64,000 nucleotides of DNA from Candidatus Altimarinota bacterium (GTDB lineage Bacteria; Patescibacteriota; Gracilibacteria; CAIRYL01): NCBI GenBank assembly GCA_965250085.1, contig OZ252287.1, positions 768,001-832,000 on the forward strand, read 5' to 3'. Positions 10,907 through 19,482 of the stretch are shown here, one piece after another. A model generated the notes under the pieces. That model saw only the letters and a program-made list of their open reading frames with translations. It had not been told where the DNA came from and ran no database searches. How positions within the stretch are numbered: position 1 is the first letter of the stretch; every line of letters begins with the position of its first letter. A program made the position numbers and the translations under genes.

Positions 10907-11541
10907 ATTGTCTCAAAAAGATCTTCTGGAGACAATAAGAAGAAGAACCAAAAAAAGAGGGGAACAGCACATGTTTCTCAAACAGAGATAACAGAGGTGT
11001 TGATTCCCCTCTTTGTGTATACTCGAAAGGCGCTTATAAGAAGCAAAAGGACTTTCGAGCAAAAAGGATCTCACACATAGAAAAATCTATGAATGAGGAA
11101 GCTCCCTACCCCTTGGTACTCATTTTTTTCTAAGACCGAAGCACCATCGGTCTTCTATTTGAAGGCAATTCTATAGAAGAATCTACCGCGTATTTTGTTT
11201 TTGTTTTATATGTTCGAAGGCAGGCCATCCACCCCGCAAGTGCGGAGGGAGGCTACTCTTCGGTGGTTCCGGCTCTCACAGTCGAGAAGCCATCGGAGAG
11301 TAGGGAGGAAGGAACCCGCTAAACACATTCAAATGCGAACGAGCTCCTTCCTCCCCCCAAAGATATGAGGAAGCAAAAGAGAAAAATATGAAATGTAAAA
11401 GATCTTTTTTATTTGGACGAATCCCCTCATTATATCAAAAAAAAAGAGCCTTGAGAAGACCCTTTCTTTTTTCATCACAAAAAGGAGTGGGAAGCCATCA
11501 AGGGGTTTGGTATCATGACTGCACCCTTGTCTTCCCACTTC
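10907..11541 (+). ncRNA. Candidate large structured RNA / hairpin array (unassigned)
   Basis: About 11 consecutive stem-loops with A-rich linkers; several GU pairs favour the + strand. Confidence 0.45.
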
Positions 11542-11574
11542 ACTCGCTAGTAATTATATACTAAAATTATAAAA

Positions 11575-12162
11575 ATGTCAAACAACTTGGGTGTTCTTAT
11601 CCTTATTCTCGGCCCATCTGGAACTGGCAAAGGGACCACTATTGATCTCCTGCAAAAGCGTCATCCAGAATGGGTGTTCCCTCCCTCTGTCACTACTCGG
11701 CTTCCTCGTCCTGGGGAAAACGAAGGTGCAGTATATAATTTTGTATCCCTTGAAGAATTTGAAAAGAAAAAATCTATAGGTGAATTCTTGGAATGGGCAT
11801 GTGTTCACGAGTCTGACTATTATGGAACATTAAGATCAGAAATTTTGCCACCACTTGAAGAAGGAAAAATTGTCATTCGAGAGGTAGATGCACAAGGGTT
11901 TCTTTCTATTATAGAAAATTCAGAGATTCCCAGAAAAAATGTAATTGGAATTTTTTTATTCCCGTCTTCATCAGAAGAGCTTATTAATCGCATTACCAAA
12001 AGAGCACCCATTTCTCCGTTAGAACTTTCTCGAAGAATGGAAAGTCTGCAAAGAGAAATTGAAATCGCGAGCGCATGTGATTTTCAAATTCAAACTGAAG
12101 AAGGTGAATTAGCGCTTCCTGCAAATGAAATAGAACAAATTATAAAGCTCAAAACGCGTTGA
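11575..12162 (+). CDS. gmk: Guanylate kinase
   Basis: GPSGTGKGT, TTRLPRPGE, YYGT. Confidence 0.93.
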   Translation: MSNNLGVLILILGPSGTGKGTTIDLLQKRHPEWVFPPSVTTRLPRPGENEGAVYNFVSLEEFEKKKSIGEFLEWACVHESDYYGTLRSEILPPLEEGKIVIREVDAQGFLSIIENSEIPRKNVIGIFLFPSSSEELINRITKRAPISPLELSRRMESLQREIEIASACDFQIQTEEGELALPANEIEQIIKLKTR

Positions 12163-12197
12163 AAAATCTGTCCAAACTCGGCAAAATGATAAGGTGT

Positions 12198-12272
12198 TCG
12201 GGAGTCGCCAAGTGGTAAGGCAACGGGTTCTGGTCCCGTCATTCGGGGGTTCGAATCCCTCCTCCCGAGCCA
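12198..12272 (+). tRNA. tRNA-Gln(CTG)
   Basis: TCGGGAG/CTCCCGA acceptor stem, ACGGG-TTCTGGT-CCCGT anticodon arm, TTCGAATCC T-loop, CCA. Confidence 0.97.
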
Positions 12273-13804
12273 TTCAAGATTTTTGCTAAAAATAGAGAGT
12301 TGAAAGGTTCGTTAAGCTCTATTTCAAGCACCTTTCCGCCATGTGCAAAAATGTTTAGAACTGCCATTTCTGCGATTTCAAGTTTTTTATCACCGGAGAA
12401 GGTTTTATAGCTTGTAGACAGGCTTTTTAGCATGTTTAGAAATTTTTTAAAATCAGGTATAAATTTTGTTTCTTCTTTCTCCATTTTGCTTAGATCTTTG
12501 TTATAGTTTTTGATCTCATTTGTAAGTTCGGTTTTCTTTCGTCTGTATATTTTTCGCTGACTGGTATCATATTCTTTTCGATATAGCAGATGGTTTTCTT
12601 CAAGGTTGGTGAGATCGTTTTTTGCTTTTGTTCTTGAGCCTCTGATTCTTTTCTTTTCCTGTTCTCGTCTCTCAAACTCATCTTCAGAGTGTTTTCGAGC
12701 TGCTTTTATGTATTCGCGATACTTCTCTTCAGTGAACTTGGGACTAATATGCTTGAACTTACGATCAAGAGCCTCAACTATGTCTTTTGCTTGTATAGCC
12801 TTCAATTGAGACTTTGTGGGCACAGCAACTTTTTTCTTGTGGGCATTGTCTACAACATATCGGAGATATTTTACCTTTCCGTTGTTAATAATCTGTGGCT
12901 TATATTCTATGTTTGGAACGATCGCGTCGAAAATTTTTCCTCTCAAGGGTTTATCTACTTTTATATACTGACCACCGCTTCTTTCCATGCGCTGAGCTTC
13001 CCAATACTCTTCTTCCGTAATCATAGCTGGGAAATTATACTTTTCCCGAAGATCAACTTCCGAGTCTCCCTTCAGGTTCAAAATTCCACAATAAATCTTG
13101 TCTTTGAACATCTTGTTTATTTTTTGAGAAGTCATGTACTGTTTTTTTCTCGCTTTTTTTCCTGAGATCAGTTCTCGATAAAAACCTCTTTTATTAAGCC
13201 AATCGGCAATTCTTGGTTCTTTTTCTCCTGCTAACCTTTTTTGCCATGCTTGTTGTATGAGACGCCAAAATTTTCCTTTCGCGTATCTCTCTTTTTTAAT
13301 ATCATATCCAAATTTTGTTCTCCCCAGCGGGTGCCCTTCCTCATGTTTCCTTATATTTGCTTTCTTTACATGCGTACTGAGGTTGTCAGAATAATGTTTT
13401 GAAAAAACAAAGGATATTCCAAGGAGCATTTTACCGGTATCGTCTTTACTAAACTGTTGAGTACAGAACCTTAAATCAACAAGTTGCCCACTGTCTAAAA
13501 GGTCTATAATTTCACCTCCTTCAAACATGTTTCTTGCAAGACGATCTGGATGCCATGCGATAATGCCATCTATTTTTCCTGCTTTTATATCCTTGATCAT
13601 CTTTAGAAACTTAGGTCTTTGCCCGGACATTTTGGCAGACTTGCTTTCTTCTATTACGTTTACAACGGTAAGTCCATCTTTCTCTTCTAGTTTTTTGCAA
13701 AAATAAATTTGATCTGGGATTGAAGCAGCTTGCCGCTCCTTTTCTTCACTCGATTTTCGAGCGTAAATTACATACCGATCAGCTTTTTCTTGTAAAAAAT
13801 CCAT
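12239..13804 (-). CDS. Large serine recombinase (integrase)
   Basis: YARKSSEE catalytic Ser, WHPDRLARN, recombinase domain, coiled coil; stop codon lies inside the tRNA on the antisense strand. Confidence 0.93.
   Translation of the reverse strand: MDFLQEKADRYVIYARKSSEEKERQAASIPDQIYFCKKLEEKDGLTVVNVIEESKSAKMSGQRPKFLKMIKDIKAGKIDGIIAWHPDRLARNMFEGGEIIDLLDSGQLVDLRFCTQQFSKDDTGKMLLGISFVFSKHYSDNLSTHVKKANIRKHEEGHPLGRTKFGYDIKKERYAKGKFWRLIQQAWQKRLAGEKEPRIADWLNKRGFYRELISGKKARKKQYMTSQKINKMFKDKIYCGILNLKGDSEVDLREKYNFPAMITEEEYWEAQRMERSGGQYIKVDKPLRGKIFDAIVPNIEYKPQIINNGKVKYLRYVVDNAHKKKVAVPTKSQLKAIQAKDIVEALDRKFKHISPKFTEEKYREYIKAARKHSEDEFERREQEKKRIRGSRTKAKNDLTNLEENHLLYRKEYDTSQRKIYRRKKTELTNEIKNYNKDLSKMEKEETKFIPDFKKFLNMLKSLSTSYKTFSGDKKLEIAEMAVLNIFAHGGKVLEIELNEPFNSLFLAKILNGSGGGIRTPE
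12262..12272 (+). repeat. attL core CTCCCGAGCCA
   Basis: Last 11 nt of the tRNA; identical to 21642-21652. Confidence 0.8.
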
Positions 13805-13848
13805 AGGTAAATTTTAAATTATTTTGAATTTTAAGGTAAGCTATAGCT

Positions 13849-14202
13849 ATGAAACACTACGAAGACCTCACCGATAAAGAAGGAAAAGAGGAATACCATC
13901 AGCAGGTTAGCAAAGACATGAAGCTCTTGGAAGAGAAGGGGATTGTAACCAAGAAAAAGGAAAATTTTGAGGGAAGACCGCTTTGGGAAACCTGCGTTCG
14001 TCCGGATTTTATTGTGAAGGCGATAGAACTCGCAAAGAAAGAAAAGGGAGATCCCAACAAGGTAATTATCAATGGGCAAGAGGTGTTACTCAGTTTTTTG
14101 CCATTCTTATTCTTTCTCAATGTAACCGACGAAGAGCAACATCGGAAAGCAGAAGAGTATTTGAAACAGCTCATGGCTAATGCAAAACTCGCAAGTCAAT
14201 AA
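13849..14202 (+). CDS. Hypothetical protein divergent from the integrase
   Basis: 117-aa ORF starting 44 bp from the integrase start; no recognisable motif. Confidence 0.6.
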   Translation: MKHYEDLTDKEGKEEYHQQVSKDMKLLEEKGIVTKKKENFEGRPLWETCVRPDFIVKAIELAKKEKGDPNKVIINGQEVLLSFLPFLFFLNVTDEEQHRKAEEYLKQLMANAKLASQ

Positions 14203-14346
14203 GCAAGGGTAGCCTTTCGCCACGTGTTCGCTTGTGTGCCGACAACTCCTCTTTTTCGGAGATGATTGCCACCTTTGGCAAAAACGCGACATAGCGAAAA
14301 CGTGTGACACGTGTGCAAATTGAAGAAAATGCTGAAACTTACTTGT

Positions 14347-14760
14347 TCACTTGTTCATTCCTGAATTAAGAGGTTTGCTTCCATCAAAGTCTTGCATGAT
14401 TTTTTCCAAATTCTCTGGATCTCCCTGCATGGAAAATACTACATTCCCGCGCGTTTGGAGATTGATTTGGAATATGTCTTCGAAGTCCTCCTGCACGCCC
14501 TTAAGGGCAGTAAGACCATTTTTGAACTTCGCGGTGCTATCGAATCCCTTGATCACGAGTCTGCCATATTTAGTCTGCATCTCATAGTCTATAGACTCTT
14601 TTAAATCGATTAGAGTTGGTTCATCTGACTGGTCTTGAAGCTCTGTCACCTGTGAATCTTCGAGTCTGCTGATAATTTCTTGGATATCTGGAACGGACGA
14701 CGGTGAACATCCCGTCAGGATTGCAGCCATGATGACGACTACTGCTATAAATGGGAACAT
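14347..14760 (-). CDS. Hypothetical lipoprotein
   Basis: MFPFIAVVVIMAAILTG-C lipobox. Confidence 0.65.
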   Translation of the reverse strand: MFPFIAVVVIMAAILTGCSPSSVPDIQEIISRLEDSQVTELQDQSDEPTLIDLKESIDYEMQTKYGRLVIKGFDSTAKFKNGLTALKGVQEDFEDIFQINLQTRGNVVFSMQGDPENLEKIMQDFDGSKPLNSGMNK

Positions 14761-14978
14761 GAGGAAAATATAAAATATACACAAAATGGGACGACCCTTT
14801 GAGCAGTCTCCCATCAGCTCTTGCGAACATCCGAAAGGCTAGAGCCGCCCCTCTTTATGCCCTTTTAGGCAAGAGGAAGCTGCTCGCAAAAAGCCAATGA
14901 TGATAGGAAACTGCTCAGCTACATACTACGAAAAAATCTTACTGGAGAGCAAGCAGTTGTTTTTAGAGCTCGCCGAGA

Positions 14979-15006
14979 TTGACATATTTTAGAAAAAGTG
15001 TATTAT
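14979..15006 (+). promoter_or_regulatory. sigma70-type promoter
   Basis: TTGACA-16 nt-TATTAT. Confidence 0.6.
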
Positions 15007-15022
15007 GAGATACTGTCTTACA

Positions 15023-16448
15023 GGGAGCGTACCAATTTGGGGACCTGTTCTGTCATTTTTTGCGGTTGAGATTGATACAAAAAGGAATCCAATCATGAGA
15101 ATGGAAGTCGAAGCCAAATAGGTTTTTTGGATGAGCAGCTTGAAGAGGAGATTGACCATTCAAGTGCTTGAATTTTGTTTTACAGTCGGTGAATTTCCAG
15201 AATCTTCTCCTGAGAATAAGAGCATTTATATAATTGGCAGCAGTTTCTTCATGCTCAAACCCACGAATACCACTGAGCCTAATCTCCACAGAGGTGCTGT
15301 GATAGCCTTCAATGAGATTTGTAGTTCTTGGAATATCAAGCTCAGGATGGTTGATAGAGGCAATAATCAAATCTCTTTTCTTGTAGTAGTTATCATAAGC
15401 ATCTCGTATTTTTTGAGCATGTGGATATTTCTTTAAATCCATTCCAGCAATAGCGATATTGAGCTCGTCTTCTAATTTATTGAGGTCTTCTGTCGTCATT
15501 GCCGACCAAAATATTTTCTGTAAAATATGCTGAACAGTAATCAGGTAGTGGTATTCATGTTCAATATCTGCTAATTGATTGCTCAATTCCACAGCCTTAT
15601 TCTTATTATACTTGTGAGAAGATATGAGAATGCTCTTACCGAGATGAGCTAGTTTTTTCTCCAAGGAAGATATTTTTCTTTTGGCACTGTTCACCTTCAT
15701 ATTCCTATCTAATGCAGCACTATAGTGAGTAAGGCAGAGCTGAACAATAACATCGGGAAAGATTCTCTTCGCCACACTCATCGTCTCTCCCATGCTCTCA
15801 TCACAAACAACCACCTTCAGCGGATAGCCAATCTCCCTGAGCATTAAAAATCCTTGCTCAATATCATGCATATTCTCTGAAGCTGCCAAAATATGAACAG
15901 GAATATCGTGAGATTCATAATCCATGAAGGATATGTCTACAAGCCCCTTCTTTGTCTTCGCTTTTCTTCCGGTGACAGTCTGCTTGGAATCCTTTACTCC
16001 AATACACTTACCATCAACCAAAACAATCCCACAATAATTCTGAGGACACATCAAACGAGTCAGCTCATTGGAATCAATTAGTTTTGGCGTTGTCTTGTTT
16101 ATGATTTTGCAAATCGTCTTTTTATCCATCTCATTTTCTACGGCGAGAATACGGCATGAGTTTCTGTTGAGATGAGCCTTCAGGATTTCTTCTGCTTTTT
16201 TGTTTTTGTCGTTGAGAGTTATTTTCTTGCCGCAATCATGGCAGTAAATACGAAGATGGTTCCGGTGACGCCCTTTTCTTATAGTGTTGAGTCCTTCACA
16301 TACAGGACATCGAAGTTTTTTTTGTATTTGTCATAAATAAATTAAAGAAAAAAAGAAGAAATATTCTACTTTATCTCGATAACTTTCTCCAGAGCTTTAC
16401 CTCAAGCCGTTATTCTTAAATCACAGGCCCCCAAATTGGTACGCTCCC
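15023..16448 (-). mobile_element. IS256/Mutator-like insertion sequence
   Basis: 26-bp TIRs GGGAGCGTACCAATTTGGGG(A/G)CCTGT with 1 mismatch; 9-bp TSD TGTCTTACA at 15014-15022 and 16449-16457. Confidence 0.92.
15053..16334 (-). CDS. DDE transposase with N-terminal Zn ribbon (+1 shift or non-ATG start needed)
   Basis: VLVDGK, VVCDES, QLCLTH (CxxH), TTNLIEG; the frame extends upstream as KKLRCPVC...YCHDCGKK to 16330. Confidence 0.85.
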
Positions 16449-16611
16449 TGTCTTACAAGACTTTTGTTTTGTTCTTTAAAAACATCACTTTTGCCTACTG
16501 GTTGGCTTTTCTGCATTGAATAACTTCAGGAAATTCAACTGGTAGGCAAAAACGGCAGGCAGGAATAATTGATTTCTGTCCAACGATCCACACAAACGAA
16601 AGAGGCTAGAA

Positions 16612-17409
16612 ATGAAAGCGACGAACCGCTCCTCCCTCCTCACCACCCTTCTCGTACTGCTCGTTCTCGGTCTGGGCGCTTGCGCCACGACCGACCAACA
16701 GCAGCCGAGCGCCATTCAGAAGCTCGTCTTCCAATTCACCCCCAGACTGGTCGCCGAGCACGTCACCCCCGGAGTCTACGAAGTCCTGGCAAAGAATCTC
16801 GTCATGCAGTACGACTGGCGAGATCCGGAGAGCCCGGATCCGATGAGTTCGCGCTTCCAGATCGCGAATTGGAACATCCGAGGCGCCTATTACCGCGCCC
16901 ACGATGTCAACTGGGATTACGAGACCAGGACTGACCCGCGAAAAACCAAGCTCCCCGAGATGATCAACCTCGTCGTCGACAACGCCCGCTTCTTGCCCGA
17001 CGACTTGGTGGTCGGGCAGGCGGAGATCCTCAAGGAAGAGATCTCCGTTCTTGCTGCGGGAAACGACAGCTTCGATGCTGAAGAGGTGCTGGGCTCCTAC
17101 GCCGACAACGCGGAGCACTGGGCGGGGCTGATCGAGCTGTATCTCTCGGACAGGTACGGACTCATGGCGCTCGCTCGCACCATGGATCCGATCTACGAAA
17201 GCTACGATCGGCATCGCATCCGCACCGCGGAGGAGGAGCTCTACGATAACGAGGTCTACGGTCACCTGTTCAAGGAACAGCGTAGCAGGGACTTCGTCTA
17301 TCTGCTCCTCTGGTGCGAGCGCCGCGCCGTCAAGAGCTCGGGTGTGGACAATCTGCGCGCAATCGCCAACGCCCTGAAGCTCGGGGCGGAGACATTTCGC
17401 AGCAGCTAG
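16612..17409 (+). CDS. GC-rich hypothetical lipoprotein
   Basis: MKATNR..LLVLLVLGLGA-C lipobox; AGAGG RBS; about 60% GC in the lines counted. Confidence 0.8.
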   Translation: MKATNRSSLLTTLLVLLVLGLGACATTDQQQPSAIQKLVFQFTPRLVAEHVTPGVYEVLAKNLVMQYDWRDPESPDPMSSRFQIANWNIRGAYYRAHDVNWDYETRTDPRKTKLPEMINLVVDNARFLPDDLVVGQAEILKEEISVLAAGNDSFDAEEVLGSYADNAEHWAGLIELYLSDRYGLMALARTMDPIYESYDRHRIRTAEEELYDNEVYGHLFKEQRSRDFVYLLLWCERRAVKSSGVDNLRAIANALKLGAETFRSS

Positions 17410-17447
17410 TGGAACGCGACCAACCTGCCTGCCAACGGTTGCTACCC

Positions 17448-17585
17448 ACACTTCTCCGGTGCTAGGACTCGCTTCGCACATCCCGTGCAACAGCTGAGAC
17501 GGCGCACTGGCAAAAGTGTGTCATCTCAGCTATTCCTTGACCTCTGCAAAGAGTGTTGAGGGATGCGATTCCTAGCCCGGAGTGT
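17448..17585 (+). ncRNA. Four-way-junction structured RNA element (unassigned)
   Basis: Basal stem CTCCGG/CCGGAG + GCTAGGA/TCCTAGC + TCGC/GCGA, three arms, GU pairs, GCAA tetraloop. Confidence 0.55.
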
Positions 17586-17604
17586 CCTCACTCTGGGCTT
17601 TTTT
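17574..17604 (+). terminator. Intrinsic terminator
   Basis: AGCCCGGAGTG-TCCT-CACTCTGGGCT followed by a T-run. Confidence 0.75.
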
Positions 17605-18227
17605 CAATCTATTTTTTTATTCCTCTTCCAAAACGCCATCACCCCACCTGTACTCCGATATCCCAACTTCTCCGCAATCTCCCGCCATTTCTTCCTTCCC
17701 TTCCGCATCGCCCGGATACTTGTAATCTTCTCTCCGGAAAGAGTACTGCGCTTCTTTGGTCTACCGAGAATAACACCTTTTCTTCGGGCTGTTTCCAATC
17801 CCGCTTTGGTACGCTCGGAGATGATATTTGCCTCAAACTCTGCAAATATGCCCATCATCTGGAGAAACATCTTGCCCTGAGCGGTAGTCGTATCGATCTT
17901 GTTTTCAATAAAAATTATTTCTTTGCCATTCTCCTGAATCCGATTCACCACATTCTGCAAATCGATGTTATTCCGGGCAAGCCGGTCAATCTTCGTACAG
18001 ATCAGGATATCAAAACAATTCGTCTGTAACGTCTCACGTAACTTCGGGCGTTTCTTCAAATCCTTGGCACTGGCTTTCTCAATCACCACTCTCTTGAGCT
18101 TTATATGTTCATACTCACAGTATTTCCGAATCTGCTCTTTCTGGTGGTCGATCGAGTGCTTCTGTTTGTTCTCATTCGTACTGATCCGCACGTACCCTAT
18201 AGCCTGAGTTGGAGTCGATTGCCTCAT
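17604..18227 (-). CDS. Small serine resolvase/invertase
   Basis: GYVRIST, KIDRLARN, FAEFEANIISERTKAGL, GRPK, C-terminal HTH. Confidence 0.93.
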   Translation of the reverse strand: MRQSTPTQAIGYVRISTNENKQKHSIDHQKEQIRKYCEYEHIKLKRVVIEKASAKDLKKRPKLRETLQTNCFDILICTKIDRLARNNIDLQNVVNRIQENGKEIIFIENKIDTTTAQGKMFLQMMGIFAEFEANIISERTKAGLETARRKGVILGRPKKRSTLSGEKITSIRAMRKGRKKWREIAEKLGYRSTGGVMAFWKRNKKID

Positions 18228-18278
18228 TATAAAGCGAAAAATCGATCACGTGTTACCTCTGTAGCGACTGCAAGTCAA

Positions 18279-18300
18279 CTCATAAACGGTCGTTTATGAG
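18279..18300. promoter_or_regulatory. Putative res/crossover-site palindrome
   Basis: CTCATAAACG-GT-CGTTTATGAG, about 50 bp upstream of the resolvase. Confidence 0.55.
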
Positions 18301-18339
18301 ATAAGGAAATGAGGGTTTATGCCTAAAAATAGGCAGATA

Positions 18340-19244
18340 TAGCTAACTCAAAATAAATTGATCTAAAATAATGCATGAGAAAAGAGATCAGAAACGGAAC
18401 ATCGTTTCTGTTTTCTGACAGCTTTTGCTTGACCCCATTTATGTTCAATAGGATTGAGGTCGGGAGAATAGGGAGGGAGATAAAGAAGGGTGTGCTCTGC
18501 ATCCTCAAGAGCTTGTTTCATGTCTAAACGTTTGTGGAACATGGCGTTGTCCATGACGACCACAGAGTTAGGAGGAAGCTGTGGTATGAGATCTTCAGTA
18601 AGCCAGGCATAAAAGACATCTGAGTCAATGTTACAGTCAAAAAGGCAAACAGTGAGCAAATGGTTGTTTATGATAGCTCCAATAACATTGACTCTCCCTC
18701 TGGCATGCCAATCTTGGACTCCGTAGCACCTTTCTCCTCTTGTGCTGTATCCATGAGTTCTCGGCATATCATGGGCGAAACCACTTTCATCAAGATACAC
18801 AATAACTCTTCCTTCTCTTGTATATTTTTCTATCTTCCTGAGAAATGCTCCCCTGAGTACTTCATCTGCTTTGGGATGATACAGAGTTTTTTTTATGACT
18901 GACTGCAAGCCTGCGTAAAGCATACAGAATGCCATTCGGACTCACTCCAAATTTTTTCGCTCTTTCCCATTGGTAATCATCTGGATATTGTTTCACATCC
19001 TTCTTTAATTTCTTCATATCTATTTTTGTTGCTGGCTTATTTCTTTTTAAACACGGTTCTATCCGCCTTGCCCATCGGAATAGCGATGCTATTCCCACTC
19101 CAAATCTTTTACTGGTTTCTAAGAATGTAAGTCCTTCCTTTCCTTTGATCTTCATTACTTGCTGACGAAATTTAAGTGGATATGACATATCGAATGGGTG
19201 AAAGAATATCACCCACAGTATATCATATTATCCTGAGTTAGCTA
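18340..19244 (-). mobile_element. IS630-family insertion sequence
   Basis: TIR TAGCTAACTCA at both ends, each flanked by TA (18338-9, 19245-6). Confidence 0.9.
18363..19188 (-). CDS. IS630 transposase in two frames (HTH ORF 18862-19188, DDE ORF ending 18363)
   Basis: MSYPLKFRQ HTH; YLDESGF, VMDNA, LPPYSPDLNPIE; frames overlap at A8 run 18887-18894. Confidence 0.9.
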
Positions 19245-19287
19245 TAGATACGATCGAGATGCCAGAAATGAAGTGAACTTCTGAACA

Positions 19288-19482
19288 TCATTCCTGCTCT
19301 TCGTACGCTTTGTTCATATTCACCAGCAGGATGTTCAACATGTTTACCAAATCCTGATCATCATTTTTTTCATACTCCATTATCGTCCGGATTACTTCGT
19401 CGCGAAGTCTTAGCAGTAACTCTGTTCGTTCCTCAGATACAAGTTTTTTGAGTTCGGCGAGAGTGAACAGCTGATTTTTCAT
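19288..19482 (-). CDS. Small hypothetical protein
   Basis: 64-aa helical ORF with ATG start. Confidence 0.45.
   Translation of the reverse strand: MKNQLFTLAELKKLVSEERTELLLRLRDEVIRTIMEYEKNDDQDLVNMLNILLVNMNKAYEEQE

Noticed and set aside
11090-11200. GAGGAAGCTCC (RNase P CR-I-like) and TACCGCG (T-box-like)
   Set aside because: No matching CR-V/P4 partner found, and no T-box consensus on the hisS strand; left unassigned.
14959-14970. GTTTTTAGAGCT, resembling a type II CRISPR repeat start
   Set aside because: Single copy, with no spacers and no cas genes in the window.
16606-17490. 294-aa antisense ORF over the GC-rich gene
   Set aside because: Expected shadow of a gene with high third-position GC; the + strand ORF has the RBS and lipobox.
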